A stretch of DNA of 64,000 bases. It comes from Chloroflexota bacterium. GTDB lineage: Bacteria; Chloroflexota; Limnocylindria; QHBO01. This document shows positions 54,057 through 64,000 of the stretch, piece by piece. The notes under the pieces are model-generated. The model was not told where the DNA came from and ran no database searches. It was given only the letters and a program-made list of their open reading frames with translations. Both the position numbers and the translations under genes were made by a program. The stretch is from positions 780,908 through 844,907 of the forward strand of contig JAILWI010000001.1 in assembly GCA_025699005.1 (NCBI GenBank), in the 5' to 3' direction. Numbering within the stretch: position 1 is the first letter of the stretch; each line of letters begins with the position of its first letter.

Positions 54057-57025
54057 CCGCCGCGTCGGCGCCGCGCGAGGCGCTCGGCCAGCGTCTCGCC
54101 GGCCACCTCGGGCTCATCGGGCGCTGGCGGCTGCGCTGCCGGCCGATCGTGCTGCGGCCGCGGCGGCGCGACCGTTGGGGCGGGCCTGGATGCGACGGGC
54201 CCGGACGGGGCGGGCCGGGCCGCCGGGGCCGGCGGGGTCGCCCCCGCATCGGGTGGCTGCGCCTGCGCCGGGGCACGCTCGCTGCGTCGCGCGCTCCGCT
54301 CCCGCGCGGCGCGCAGCTCCGAGAGACCGGGGACCGCCTCGGGTTCTGCGCGACCCATGCCCACGCGCCTGGCGGCCCACGCGCGCGCACGTCGGAGGTC
54401 CGAGCGGCTCAGCGCCACGCGGCGAACGCCGACGTCGAGCGGAACCAGCACGATGGCCAGGAGCAGCAGCCACGGCCAGATTGGCGTCGGGAAGGCATCC
54501 GCCTCGATGTCGTGGGTCCAGGCGGCCGCCGGTGCCTCGGCATCGTCGAGCGAGCGCTCGACGCCTCGGCCGGTCTCGGCAAAGGCGGCCAGGGCGTCGG
54601 TATCGACGCCGAGTCGGCGGTACTCCTCGGCGGCCGGCGACACGATGCCGAGCGTCCGGCTGGCGGCATCGGTGCCGTTCTCGTCCTCGAAGGTCTGTGC
54701 CACCCGGACCAGGTACGCGCCCTGCGCATCGGCGCGGACGGTGCCCGCATAGCGGCCCGGCCCGATCTGCTCGAGCACCGTCTGCGTGGGCTCGAGGTCC
54801 GGGGAGACGAGCCGGAGCACGGTGCGATAGAAGTTGCGTGGTCCGGCATCGTCGTCGAACGAGGTGACCTCGACGTTGAGCTCGCCACGCTCGCCGGGGC
54901 TGAATCGTACGTCGATGCCCTCGGCGTCCTGCGGGGGGAGCGTCCACGCCACGAGCTGTGCGGTCAGGGTGCCGAACTCCGGCGTGCCGATCCAGGGCGT
55001 CGCCCACTGCTGGCGCGTGTCGGATGTCCAGGCCGCGGCGCGGCCCAGCCCGTACTGCCACTGCGCGAGGAGCGGATCCTCGCGCCCGGTGAGCAGGGCG
55101 ACCGTGGCGCTGCCCTTGGCGGTCGTCGCGTTGTAGCCCAGGAGCTGTGGCAGCCGGCCGGCATCCATGCCATCGAGGATCTCGGACGACGAGGACGGGA
55201 TCGGCTGGAACGTCTCCTCGACGATCTGCTCTCCGGCGGTGCGGATGGTCTCACGCAGGAAGATGTCGGGGATCGTCGTCGCATCGGCGGCGTCGTAGTA
55301 GCGCCCACCCGATTCCTCCGCCAACCGCTCGAGCAGCTCGGCCGAGCCGCCACCGGTGCCGATCGTCGACAGCGTGATCCCGGCCGCCTGCATGTCCTCG
55401 AGCAGCTCGTCGTACGCGCCGTGCGTCGACCAGCCGTCGGTGATGAGGATGATGTGCCGCAGCGTGGCGGGGTTGTCGACGAGGTCGTCGTACGCCGCCT
55501 TCAGCCCGGCGTAGATGTTCGTGTTGCCGTCGGCCGGGAAGCCGATGCCGTCGCCGAGCGCGCCGAAGTCGATCGGCGCGGTGCGGACTGCCCAGTGCGC
55601 GTTCTGGTCGAACGCCACCACCCCGAGCTGGTCGGTCGGTGCCATCGCCTCGGCCGCGCGAAGGATCGCCTCGCGCGCGATGTCGACCTTCTCGAAGCCG
55701 CGTTGCCCCGACGGGTTCGCGTTGTCGCGCGAGTCGCCGGTGCAGTGGCAGTCGGCCATGCTGCCCGACTTGTCGACGACGGCGACCATCGCCACGTCGG
55801 GCGAGCGCTCGCGATCGCGGACCGTCATGTAGACGGGGAGGGTCTCCTCGATCGGCGTGCCCATGTAGCCGCCGGCACCGTAGCTCTCACGTCCCCCGAG
55901 CATGACGAGGCCCTTGCCGAGGTCGCGGACGTAGACCTGGAGCGCGGCCATCGTCGTGTCGCCCAGGTCGCGGGCACCGACGTTGTCGAGGACCACCGCG
56001 TCGTATCCGGCGAGCGTGGCGAGCGACGACGGCACGCCGGTGGAGGGCACGACGGTCACCTCGAGGCTGCCGTCGCCGAGGGAAGCGACGAGATCGGCCG
56101 CGCGGGTCGCGTCGTCGGTCGCCACGAGGACCTGCGGCTCGCCGGTCACGAGCACGTAGGCGTCGGCCGCGTTGTTCTCGGTGAACCGATCGACATCGGC
56201 CTCGATGACCGCCCGGAAGACGTGGAATCCCGGCTCGGTGGCCGTGACCGAGAAGGGGATCGTCGTGATCCCCGGCTCGAGCTCCAGCTCGCGCGTCGCG
56301 ACGGTCGCGCCGTCCGCGAGCAGACGGAGCGTGGCGTTCGTGGTGACGGTCGAGCGCAGTCGCGCGACGAGGTCGATCGTCTCGCCGACCCGCGCGCCGG
56401 GCGGTGCGTCGAGCGCGTCGACGAGCACCTCGGCGGCCGACTCGTCCGCGGGCGTCACGACGTCCAGGCGGATGCCCCGTGTGGCCGCGGCCGCGATGGC
56501 GTCGTCGGCCTCGCCCGCGGTGTCGTTGCCGTCGGAGAGCAGGACGATGCGCTGCTGGGTCCCGGCCGGGAAGATGGCGGCCGCCAGGCGCACCGCGGCC
56601 GCGACGTCCGTGGCTGCGGCGACCGGCTCCGAAGCGGGATCCGACAGCTGGTCGAGCTGCGACGGCAGGCGGTCGACGAGCGCGTTGGCGCCGAAGACCA
56701 CGACGCCCGCCGTGTCGCCCTCGGGCATCTCGCGCACGCTCGCCCGAGCCCAGTCCACGAGCTCCTCACGGGTGGCGTCGAGCATCGACGCCGACGCGTC
56801 GAGCAGGAAGACGACGCTGAGCCGATCCGATGGCAGCGCCAGCCGCGCCCCGGCGAGGGCCAGGACGAGCGCACCGACGAGCGCAAGCCGGATGACGAGC
56901 GACGCGACCCGTCGCGCCCGCGGCAGCGTGCGAGAGGCGCCCATCCAGCCGATGACGACGAGGGCGACCGCCGGCAGCGCGATCCACAGCCACGCCGGGT
57001 CGGCGAACGCGATCGGCACGTTCAT
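54053..57025 (-). CDS. Membrane protein with two VWA domains and GATase1-like domain(s)
   Basis: N-terminal TMs, DASASM and DKSGSM MIDAS motifs, LSDGN and ITDG, YDAVVLDNV..GG..SYG.GGY, WQYGLGR..AW.SD. Confidence 0.85.
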   Translation of the reverse strand: MNVPIAFADPAWLWIALPAVALVVIGWMGASRTLPRARRVASLVIRLALVGALVLALAGARLALPSDRLSVVFLLDASASMLDATREELVDWARASVREMPEGDTAGVVVFGANALVDRLPSQLDQLSDPASEPVAAATDVAAAVRLAAAIFPAGTQQRIVLLSDGNDTAGEADDAIAAAATRGIRLDVVTPADESAAEVLVDALDAPPGARVGETIDLVARLRSTVTTNATLRLLADGATVATRELELEPGITTIPFSVTATEPGFHVFRAVIEADVDRFTENNAADAYVLVTGEPQVLVATDDATRAADLVASLGDGSLEVTVVPSTGVPSSLATLAGYDAVVLDNVGARDLGDTTMAALQVYVRDLGKGLVMLGGRESYGAGGYMGTPIEETLPVYMTVRDRERSPDVAMVAVVDKSGSMADCHCTGDSRDNANPSGQRGFEKVDIAREAILRAAEAMAPTDQLGVVAFDQNAHWAVRTAPIDFGALGDGIGFPADGNTNIYAGLKAAYDDLVDNPATLRHIILITDGWSTHGAYDELLEDMQAAGITLSTIGTGGGSAELLERLAEESGGRYYDAADATTIPDIFLRETIRTAGEQIVEETFQPIPSSSSEILDGMDAGRLPQLLGYNATTAKGSATVALLTGREDPLLAQWQYGLGRAAAWTSDTRQQWATPWIGTPEFGTLTAQLVAWTLPPQDAEGIDVRFSPGERGELNVEVTSFDDDAGPRNFYRTVLRLVSPDLEPTQTVLEQIGPGRYAGTVRADAQGAYLVRVAQTFEDENGTDAASRTLGIVSPAAEEYRRLGVDTDALAAFAETGRGVERSLDDAEAPAAAWTHDIEADAFPTPIWPWLLLLAIVLVPLDVGVRRVALSRSDLRRARAWAARRVGMGRAEPEAVPGLSELRAARERSARRSERAPAQAQPPDAGATPPAPAARPAPSGPVASRPAPTVAPPRPQHDRPAAQPPAPDEPEVAGETLAERLARRRRGG

Positions 57026-58986
57026 CGGGCTCGACCCCCCAGGGGCTGGGGCCGCGCGCGGAAGGCGCGCGACAGGCTTCGGCGGGTCGGACGGTGGAAG
57101 AGGAGCCACTCGACCATGAGGAGCGCCAGCGCGGCGAGCGCCAGCGGCCACCACCACTCGGCACGGGTCGGCTGGGTGTCGGGTCCCTCGCCATTCGTCA
57201 CCCGACCCATCGCGGTGATCCGCTGTGGATCGCCGGGACGCACGTCGGACTCGTCGGGGCTGAACAGGTTCACCGCCGTCCGGCCCAGTGCCAAGCCCGA
57301 GAGCTCCGGGACCTCGCTGATCGCCGTGACCTGGCGCAGGCCGACGAGCTCGGCACCGGGCACCGTCGCGCGGCCGCCGACGACGGGCACCTCCACGCGG
57401 GTGGTGGCGGCGCCGGGCAGCCCTTCCGCTCCCGCCGTCTCGACCGCGATCCGATCGATCCGCGGGTCGACCGACACGCCCACCGACTCGCCGAGCCGCA
57501 CCGAGGAGGGCAGAATCCCCTCGCCCACGGGGAGCAGGAACTCGGTGAGGTTGCTCATGAGGAGCGGGAAGGCGATCTGGAGCGGCAGGTCGGACTCGCC
57601 GAGGTCGAAGCCGATGACGGCGGAGCGACGGCCGCCCACCTGGCCCACCGCCACGAGCGGCGTGCCGGCAGGGGTCGACACCACGGCGCGCATGCCGTCG
57701 GCGAGCTCGATGTCGCGCGTCCGCCCGATGTGGACGGTCGACAGGTCGACGAAGCGGAGGATCGGCTCATCGGGATCGACGCGGTCGATGGCCGGGCTCT
57801 CGATCCGTCCGTCGACCGTGCCGTACACGCCGTCGTCGTCCGGGTCGACGTAGAGCGCGGGGACCGTCGGCGCCTCGTCCGGGACGAGACCGTCGAAGAT
57901 GAGCAGTCCGTACGGCGTGCCGGCCTCCTCGGCCTCGGCCAGGGCATCGGCGTAGCCGTCGGCTCCGACGGCATAGAGCTCGAGGCGCGGGAGGAGGGCG
58001 AGGGCGTTCTCGAGGAACGGGCTTCCGGCACCGACGAGCAGGGCACGGACCGTCCCCTCGCCGGGCACGATCGCGAACGCGGTGTCGTCGGTCGCCAGCG
58101 CATCGGCTCCGGCCAGGCGTGCCTCGACGAGCGTGGTCGCCCCGGGGACGGTGCTGACGAGCGCCTCCGAGCGCTGACCGGCGGGGATCGTGAGGTCGCG
58201 CGCGTCCACGAGCGCGCCGTCCGCGTACACCTCGAGCCGCCGCGTGACCGCGACGGCGGACGGGTTGGCGACGGCCACGAACAGGTCGAGCTGCGCGCCG
58301 CCGGCTCGCCGCAGGGCCGACAGGGCGGCGATCGCCTGGTTCGCATCGGTGGCGCCCACCTGCTCGACGAGGACCGGTGCCCCGACGCCGACGTCCGGCA
58401 GGCGATCGCCGGAGGCGTCGCTCACGACGACCACGGTCGAGTCCGCGTCACGACGCGCCAGCGCGGACGCGAGCGCGAAGGCATCGGTCAGGTCTCCCGG
58501 GAGCTGGGTGGCCGCGATGCCGTCGATCGCCTCGAGGGCCGCGTCGACGTCGTCGGTCTCGCTCACGAGCACCTCGGCGCTGTCGGCCGCGGACACGACC
58601 GTGATGCGGCCGCCGACCGGCAGCCGTTCCACGACGTCCCGCGCGCGCTCGCGCGCCATCGCCATGCGGTCCTCGTCGTCGGTCGCCGTTGCCATCGACG
58701 CGCTGGTGTCGACGATGAGAACGACGTTGGCGGCCAGGTCGGACTCCACGGCGCTGAACGGTCGGACCGCGGCCATCACCACGATGGCGGCGATGAGCAG
58801 CTGGACGAGGAGGAGCCAGCTGAAGCGGAGGCGCTGCCACGGCGCGTTGGCCTCGACGTCGCGGATGAGCTGCTGCCATAGGAACGTGGACCCGACCGGC
58901 AGGTCGCGGCGCCGCAGGCGCAGCATGTAGAAGGCGACGATGATCGGCAGGCTGATGAGGCCGATGAGGGCGAGCGGAGCAATCAT
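57022..58986 (-). CDS. BatA-like N-terminus plus VWA domain membrane protein
   Basis: P.I..Y.L..RRR...V.ST.LW, DTSASM, SDLPL..AFP, C-terminal EWWWPL...EW. Confidence 0.85.
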   Translation of the reverse strand: MIAPLALIGLISLPIIVAFYMLRLRRRDLPVGSTFLWQQLIRDVEANAPWQRLRFSWLLLVQLLIAAIVVMAAVRPFSAVESDLAANVVLIVDTSASMATATDDEDRMAMARERARDVVERLPVGGRITVVSAADSAEVLVSETDDVDAALEAIDGIAATQLPGDLTDAFALASALARRDADSTVVVVSDASGDRLPDVGVGAPVLVEQVGATDANQAIAALSALRRAGGAQLDLFVAVANPSAVAVTRRLEVYADGALVDARDLTIPAGQRSEALVSTVPGATTLVEARLAGADALATDDTAFAIVPGEGTVRALLVGAGSPFLENALALLPRLELYAVGADGYADALAEAEEAGTPYGLLIFDGLVPDEAPTVPALYVDPDDDGVYGTVDGRIESPAIDRVDPDEPILRFVDLSTVHIGRTRDIELADGMRAVVSTPAGTPLVAVGQVGGRRSAVIGFDLGESDLPLQIAFPLLMSNLTEFLLPVGEGILPSSVRLGESVGVSVDPRIDRIAVETAGAEGLPGAATTRVEVPVVGGRATVPGAELVGLRQVTAISEVPELSGLALGRTAVNLFSPDESDVRPGDPQRITAMGRVTNGEGPDTQPTRAEWWWPLALAALALLMVEWLLFHRPTRRSLSRAFRARPQPLGGRAR

Positions 58987-59873
58987 TCGACCACCCGACG
59001 GCGGCGGAGGACGTCGAACAGGAGATCGGCGAGGTCGAGATCGGTCGGCACGGCGACGTACGCGCCGCCACGCCGGCTGACGAAGCTCGAGATCTCCGCC
59101 TGCCACTCGGCGAGGCGCGTTCGGTAACGGTCGACGAGGTCGTCGTCACCCGACACCTCGACGGCGTGGCCCGTCTCGTTGTCGACGAGCCGTGCGTCCG
59201 GCGGAACCTCGGGTTCCAGCTCGTCCGGCGCGAGCAGGTGGAGGACCGAGAGCTGGCACCGCGTTCCGGCCAGGTCACGCAGCGCGTCGAGGTAGCCGGG
59301 ATCCATGAGGTCGCTGATGAGGATCAACGGACCCGTGCCGCGCATCCGGGCGGCGTAGGAGCGCGCCGCCGATGCCAGCCCGGTCAGGCGCTCGGTCCGC
59401 GGCTCGGAGAGGAATCGGAAGAGCTCGAGCGCGCGACGCTTGCCGCGCATCGGGCGCATGCCGCTCGCCTCGCCGTCACCGAGGAAGGCGACGCTCACGC
59501 GGTCCATGCTGGCCAGCCCGAGATAGCCGAGCGCCGCCGCGGCACGGCGGGCGGCGTCGAGCTTGTTCGGCACGCCGCAGTCCATGGAGCGCGATGCATC
59601 GACGAGGACGTGGACGGTGACGTCCTCCTCCTCGACGAAGAGCTTGACGAAGAGCTTCTCGAGCCGCGCGTAGGCGTTCCAGTCGACCTGCCGCAGGTCG
59701 TCGCCGGCGGCGTAGTTGCGATAGTCGGCGAACTCGACGCTCTGGCCGCGCCGCACGCTGCGCCGCTCGCCCTTCATCCGGCCGGCGATCATGCGCCGCG
59801 AAGCGAGCTCGAGCTGCTCGAGCCGACGCAGGAACGTCTCGTCGAAGAACGGGGCTCGCTCGGGGGTCGTCAT
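58983..59873 (-). CDS. DUF58 domain protein
   Basis: G.RRS...G.SVEFADYR.Y..GDDLR.VDWN.YAR, VDASRSM. Confidence 0.93.
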   Translation of the reverse strand: MTTPERAPFFDETFLRRLEQLELASRRMIAGRMKGERRSVRRGQSVEFADYRNYAAGDDLRQVDWNAYARLEKLFVKLFVEEEDVTVHVLVDASRSMDCGVPNKLDAARRAAAALGYLGLASMDRVSVAFLGDGEASGMRPMRGKRRALELFRFLSEPRTERLTGLASAARSYAARMRGTGPLILISDLMDPGYLDALRDLAGTRCQLSVLHLLAPDELEPEVPPDARLVDNETGHAVEVSGDDDLVDRYRTRLAEWQAEISSFVSRRGGAYVAVPTDLDLADLLFDVLRRRRVVE

Positions 59874-59916
59874 CGGCTCGGGATCGCGGACCGGAGCCGC
59901 GCGATCGGGAGGCTGC

Positions 59917-60939
<1,023 letters not shown>

Positions 60940-60950
60940 GGGTCCTCTGC

Positions 60951-62777
60951 TCAGTCCGTGGGTTCGAGACGGGAGAAGTAGTCGCGGACGAAGTCCTTCA
61001 GCGTGATCGGCACCTGCTGGCGATCGAGCGCCGACTGGGCGTAGTTCTCGAACAGGTCGAAGACCTGCCGGTACGGCACGACGCTGTCGTTGTCGAAGCC
61101 GACGCCGGACCCGCTGCTGGTCTGGTCGGTGCCGCCATTGCCGCCCCGACCGGCGATGAAGTCGGGATCGCCCGGCCGCCCGAACCGATCGAAGTCGGAG
61201 AGGACGCTACCCTCGTCGTCGGTCTCCGAGCCCTGGTTGCCGGACGTCGGCCCGTCGAACCCGCCGGTGCGCAGCCCGCCGCCGGGGATGCGTCGCACGC
61301 TCGTTCCACCGCCCGAGCCCGGCTGGCTTCCGGGACCCGGCTGGTTGCCAGGTTGCGATCCCGGCTGGTTGCCCGGCTGGTTGCCCGGCTGATTCCCGGG
61401 CTGGTTTCCGGGCTGGTTGCCCGGCTGATTCCCGGGCTGTCCGGAGGCTCCCGGCTGGCCCGATGCGCCCGGCTGTCCGGACGCTCCCGGCTGCCCCGAT
61501 GCTCCCGGCTGGCCGGATGCTCCCGGCTGCCCCGATGCCCCCGGCTGGCCGGATGCTCCCGGCTGCCCGGTCGAGCGGCCGGTCGGCTGGCCCGCGCGGG
61601 CCACCTGGCGGGCGCCATCCTGGAGCGCCGACTGCGCCCGGGCGATGTCTCGCTGCACCTGCCGGTCCCGGGCAGCGTCGCGGAGAGCATCGGCGGCGCG
61701 GTCGAGCGCTTCCTGGGCGGCTCGGCGATCCTCCTCGCTTCCGCTGCGTGCCGCTGCGTCGAGGGCGTCTGCGGCCTCCGCCAGCGCACTCGCCGCGGCG
61801 GGCTGTGACTGCGCCGCGGCCGCGGCGGCTCGGCGGAGCTCGTCCGCACGCTCGGCGGCCTCTTCGGGCGTCATCTCATCGGCCTCGTCCGCAAGCTCCT
61901 CGAGATCGCGGGCCGCTTCCTCCGGGTCGCCCTCGGGATTGGCCTCGGGATCGTCGGTCGCCGCCTGCGAGACCGCGCGCGCCAGCTGGGTCAGCGCCGC
62001 GTCCTTCTCGGCCGCCTGCGGATCGGTCTGGCGCGACAGCTCTTCCTGAACGGAGCCGATCCGGGCCAGCGTCGCCTCGCGATCGTCTCCGGACTCGCGG
62101 AGCTGGCGGATCAGCTCACGGAGCTCTCGCTCGAGCTCTTCGCGGCGCGGATCGGGGTTCTCGACGTTCTCCTCGCCGACCTCGTCGGCGATCTCCTCGA
62201 CCCGCTCCGCGACCCGCTCGGCCGCCTCCCGAGCGGCCCGCCGTGCGGCGAGCAGGTCATCCTGGGGATTCGGCCACGCCACGAGCAGCAGCGTCATCAC
62301 CAGGCCGATGCCGGCCACCGCCAGCGGCGTCCGCGCCAGGCGCGGACGGAATGCGCGGCGCAGGTCCACCTCGTTGAGCCGGGCTCGGGCATCGGCCAGC
62401 TGTCGGGCCTCGAGGGGATCGCTCGACGCGCGACGTGCGAGCTCGAGCGCGGTGCCCAGCCGCTGCCGCATCCCCAGCTCCTCGTCCGCGCGGCGCGCCG
62501 CCTCCACGAGAGACGGTCGCCGGCGCCAGGTGTCGATGGCCCACGCGACGACCGCGGCGACGACGACGCCGCCCTGGACCCAACGCGCGAACTCGATGGG
62601 GAATGCCCGCGCCAGCAGCTGGACGAGCGCGATGGCCAGGACGGCCGCGGCGGCCACGATGAGGCCCGAGCGAACGGCGCGGCGCCACCACAGCCGGCGG
62701 CGCAGGGCGCGGAGCCGGGCCAGGGCGTCTGCGCCCAGCCGCTCGGCGGCGGCCTGGGCGACGATCCGGTCGTTCAT
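60951..62777 (-). CDS. Membrane-anchored coiled-coil protein with QPG repeats (MoxR operon)
   Basis: Three TMs, long acidic coiled coil, (GQPGAS)7 (QPGN)6, C-terminal VPY...VP..LKD.VRDYF. Confidence 0.8.
   Translation of the reverse strand: MNDRIVAQAAAERLGADALARLRALRRRLWWRRAVRSGLIVAAAAVLAIALVQLLARAFPIEFARWVQGGVVVAAVVAWAIDTWRRRPSLVEAARRADEELGMRQRLGTALELARRASSDPLEARQLADARARLNEVDLRRAFRPRLARTPLAVAGIGLVMTLLLVAWPNPQDDLLAARRAAREAAERVAERVEEIADEVGEENVENPDPRREELERELRELIRQLRESGDDREATLARIGSVQEELSRQTDPQAAEKDAALTQLARAVSQAATDDPEANPEGDPEEAARDLEELADEADEMTPEEAAERADELRRAAAAAAQSQPAAASALAEAADALDAAARSGSEEDRRAAQEALDRAADALRDAARDRQVQRDIARAQSALQDGARQVARAGQPTGRSTGQPGASGQPGASGQPGASGQPGASGQPGASGQPGASGQPGASGQPGNQPGNQPGNQPGNQPGNQPGNQPGSQPGNQPGPGSQPGSGGGTSVRRIPGGGLRTGGFDGPTSGNQGSETDDEGSVLSDFDRFGRPGDPDFIAGRGGNGGTDQTSSGSGVGFDNDSVVPYRQVFDLFENYAQSALDRQQVPITLKDFVRDYFSRLEPTD
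61315..61570 (-). repeat. Coding tandem repeats of 18-nt and 12-nt units encoding GQPGAS and QPGN
   Basis: Seven GQPGAS units, then six QPGN units plus variants; synonymous codons vary between units. Confidence 0.9.
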
Positions 62778-63925
62778 CGGTCCTCCTCCAGGGGCAGCTC
62801 CGCGATCGCCGGTTCGGACGCGTCGACGGCGGTCTCATCCGGGCCGGCGGCGCGGGCGGCTCGTGGACGGCGGAAGGCCCAGCGCATGCCCGCCGGCACG
62901 ACGAGCCTCGTCGCCGCGAACGTCAGGATCGCGGAGAGGACCACGAACGTGATCGTGATCCGCGGCCACCAGTAGCCCGTGGCGGGTCCGCCGCCATCGA
63001 GCACGTTGCCGAACCGGTCGACGGCCCGGCACTCGTTGCCGATGCACTCGACGTTGCCGCCGATGACTCCGCCGTCACCGCGCAGCTCGCGAAGCATGCT
63101 GCTGATGCCGCCGAACCCCCCGGGCTCGGTGTTGGCCACCACGTCGAGCATCGCGATGCCCGGATTCAGGTACATGAGCTGTTCGGGCGCGCGCTTCGGC
63201 GGCCCGAAGCCGAACCCGTCGTCGCTCGTGTTGGCGACGACCGTCCAGAAGATGAAGAGCATCGTGGTGCCCAGGGTCAGGCCCAGCATCGTGATGTACG
63301 TGAGGACCGTGGCGGCCTGGGTCCGCTTGAGGAGCGCGGAGAAGAACAGCCCGATCGACCCGAGCAGCAGCGCGGTGCCGAGCAGCACGATCTGCTGGCG
63401 GACGATGTCGTCCACCGATGCCCCTCCGTACATGAGCACGATGGCCGTGATCGGGACCGCTGCCACGATCATGAGCACCACGAAGGCGAGGGCGGCCGCG
63501 AGCTTGCCGACCACGATGGCCGCCGGGCGCATCGGCGTGCTGATCAGCAGGTCGAGCGTCTGCTTCTCCCGCTCGAGGCTGATCTGCCCGGCCGTGAAGG
63601 CCGGGGCGATGAACGCGACGAGGATGAGCTGGAAGATCGAGAGGAGCGTGAAGATCGACTGGCCGATGAGGGCCGATGCGTTCGCCTGCCCCCCGAAGCC
63701 CCCGAACCCGCCACCGAAGCCGCGCACGTTCGGAGCGACCACGATGTACACGCCGTAGGTGATGAGCGCCAGCAGGCCGAGGTAGACGGTGAGCACGATG
63801 AAGGCCCGCCGGCCGCGCATCCGCGATCGGAGCTCCTTGACCATGATCGTGTTCACCGCGGCGAAGAACTCGCGCGGCGCCGACGAGCGAGGGGGTCGCG
63901 CCACTGCCGTCCCGGTCGCCGTCAT
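62774..63925 (-). CDS. ABC-2 type transporter permease
   Basis: KELRSRMR..RAF, P.FTAG.IS.ERE.QTLDLL..TP, multiple TMs. Confidence 0.88.
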   Translation of the reverse strand: MTATGTAVARPPRSSAPREFFAAVNTIMVKELRSRMRGRRAFIVLTVYLGLLALITYGVYIVVAPNVRGFGGGFGGFGGQANASALIGQSIFTLLSIFQLILVAFIAPAFTAGQISLEREKQTLDLLISTPMRPAAIVVGKLAAALAFVVLMIVAAVPITAIVLMYGGASVDDIVRQQIVLLGTALLLGSIGLFFSALLKRTQAATVLTYITMLGLTLGTTMLFIFWTVVANTSDDGFGFGPPKRAPEQLMYLNPGIAMLDVVANTEPGGFGGISSMLRELRGDGGVIGGNVECIGNECRAVDRFGNVLDGGGPATGYWWPRITITFVVLSAILTFAATRLVVPAGMRWAFRRPRAARAAGPDETAVDASEPAIAELPLEEDR

Positions 63926-63999
63926 GCCGCCGTCTCCTCGTCCACCTGTCCGGTCACCTTCAGGAAGATCTCCTCGAGGTCGCTCGTGGCCTGGTTGAA
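63922..63999 (-). CDS. C-terminal end of a probable ABC transporter ATP-binding protein (runs off the window end)
   Basis: FNQATSDLEEIFLKVTGQVDEETAA*. LEEIFL..T is a typical ABC-2 ATPase tail; ATGA overlap with the permease gene. Confidence 0.7.
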   Translation of the reverse strand, partial: FNQATSDLEEIFLKVTGQVDEETAA

Positions 64000-64000
64000 C

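Noticed and set aside
61315-61570. Tandem repeats as a possible CRISPR or non-coding VNTR
   Set aside because: Units are 12 and 18 nt, in frame, lack unique spacers and vary at third codon positions, so they are protein repeats.

Overview
A very GC-rich, densely coding bacterial chromosomal segment with about 65 genes. I found no rRNA, tRNA, CRISPR array, transposase or phage genes. Gene style suggests a Chloroflexota (Limnocylindria-like) or actinobacteria-like organism, which is inference only. Recognisable blocks: signalling and detoxification genes (response regulators, cupin-fused class III cyclase, GGDEF-EAL, TetR, HxlR plus flavoprotein, VOC, DUF1801, GNAT); a tandem pair of dynamin-like GTPases; UvrD2; PAC2; a Ca/Na antiporter; an RhlE-type DEAD-box helicase; a polyamine ABC/aminotransferase/GcvT-like/COG1233 amine-catabolic cluster; acyl-CoA dehydrogenase, a CADD-like protein and acetoacetate-CoA ligase; and the distal part of an ABC-MoxR-DUF58-VWA operon. 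Signals the ORF track misses: (1) a 19-codon, 5-Cys, near-leaderless peptide with its own promoter and hairpin ahead of a DUF4395-thioredoxin fusion, a likely cysteine-sensing attenuator; (2) two paralogous surface proteins 14 kb apart that share a 43-bp upstream motif and a cytoplasmic PRWLR tail, one divergent from the GGDEF-EAL gene; (3) a diverged second copy of the PAC2 3' end flanking the antiporter; (4) a structured rhlE leader; (5) a 19-bp-spacer promoter for the operon encoding a MerR-type regulator; (6) a frameshifted cupin gene.
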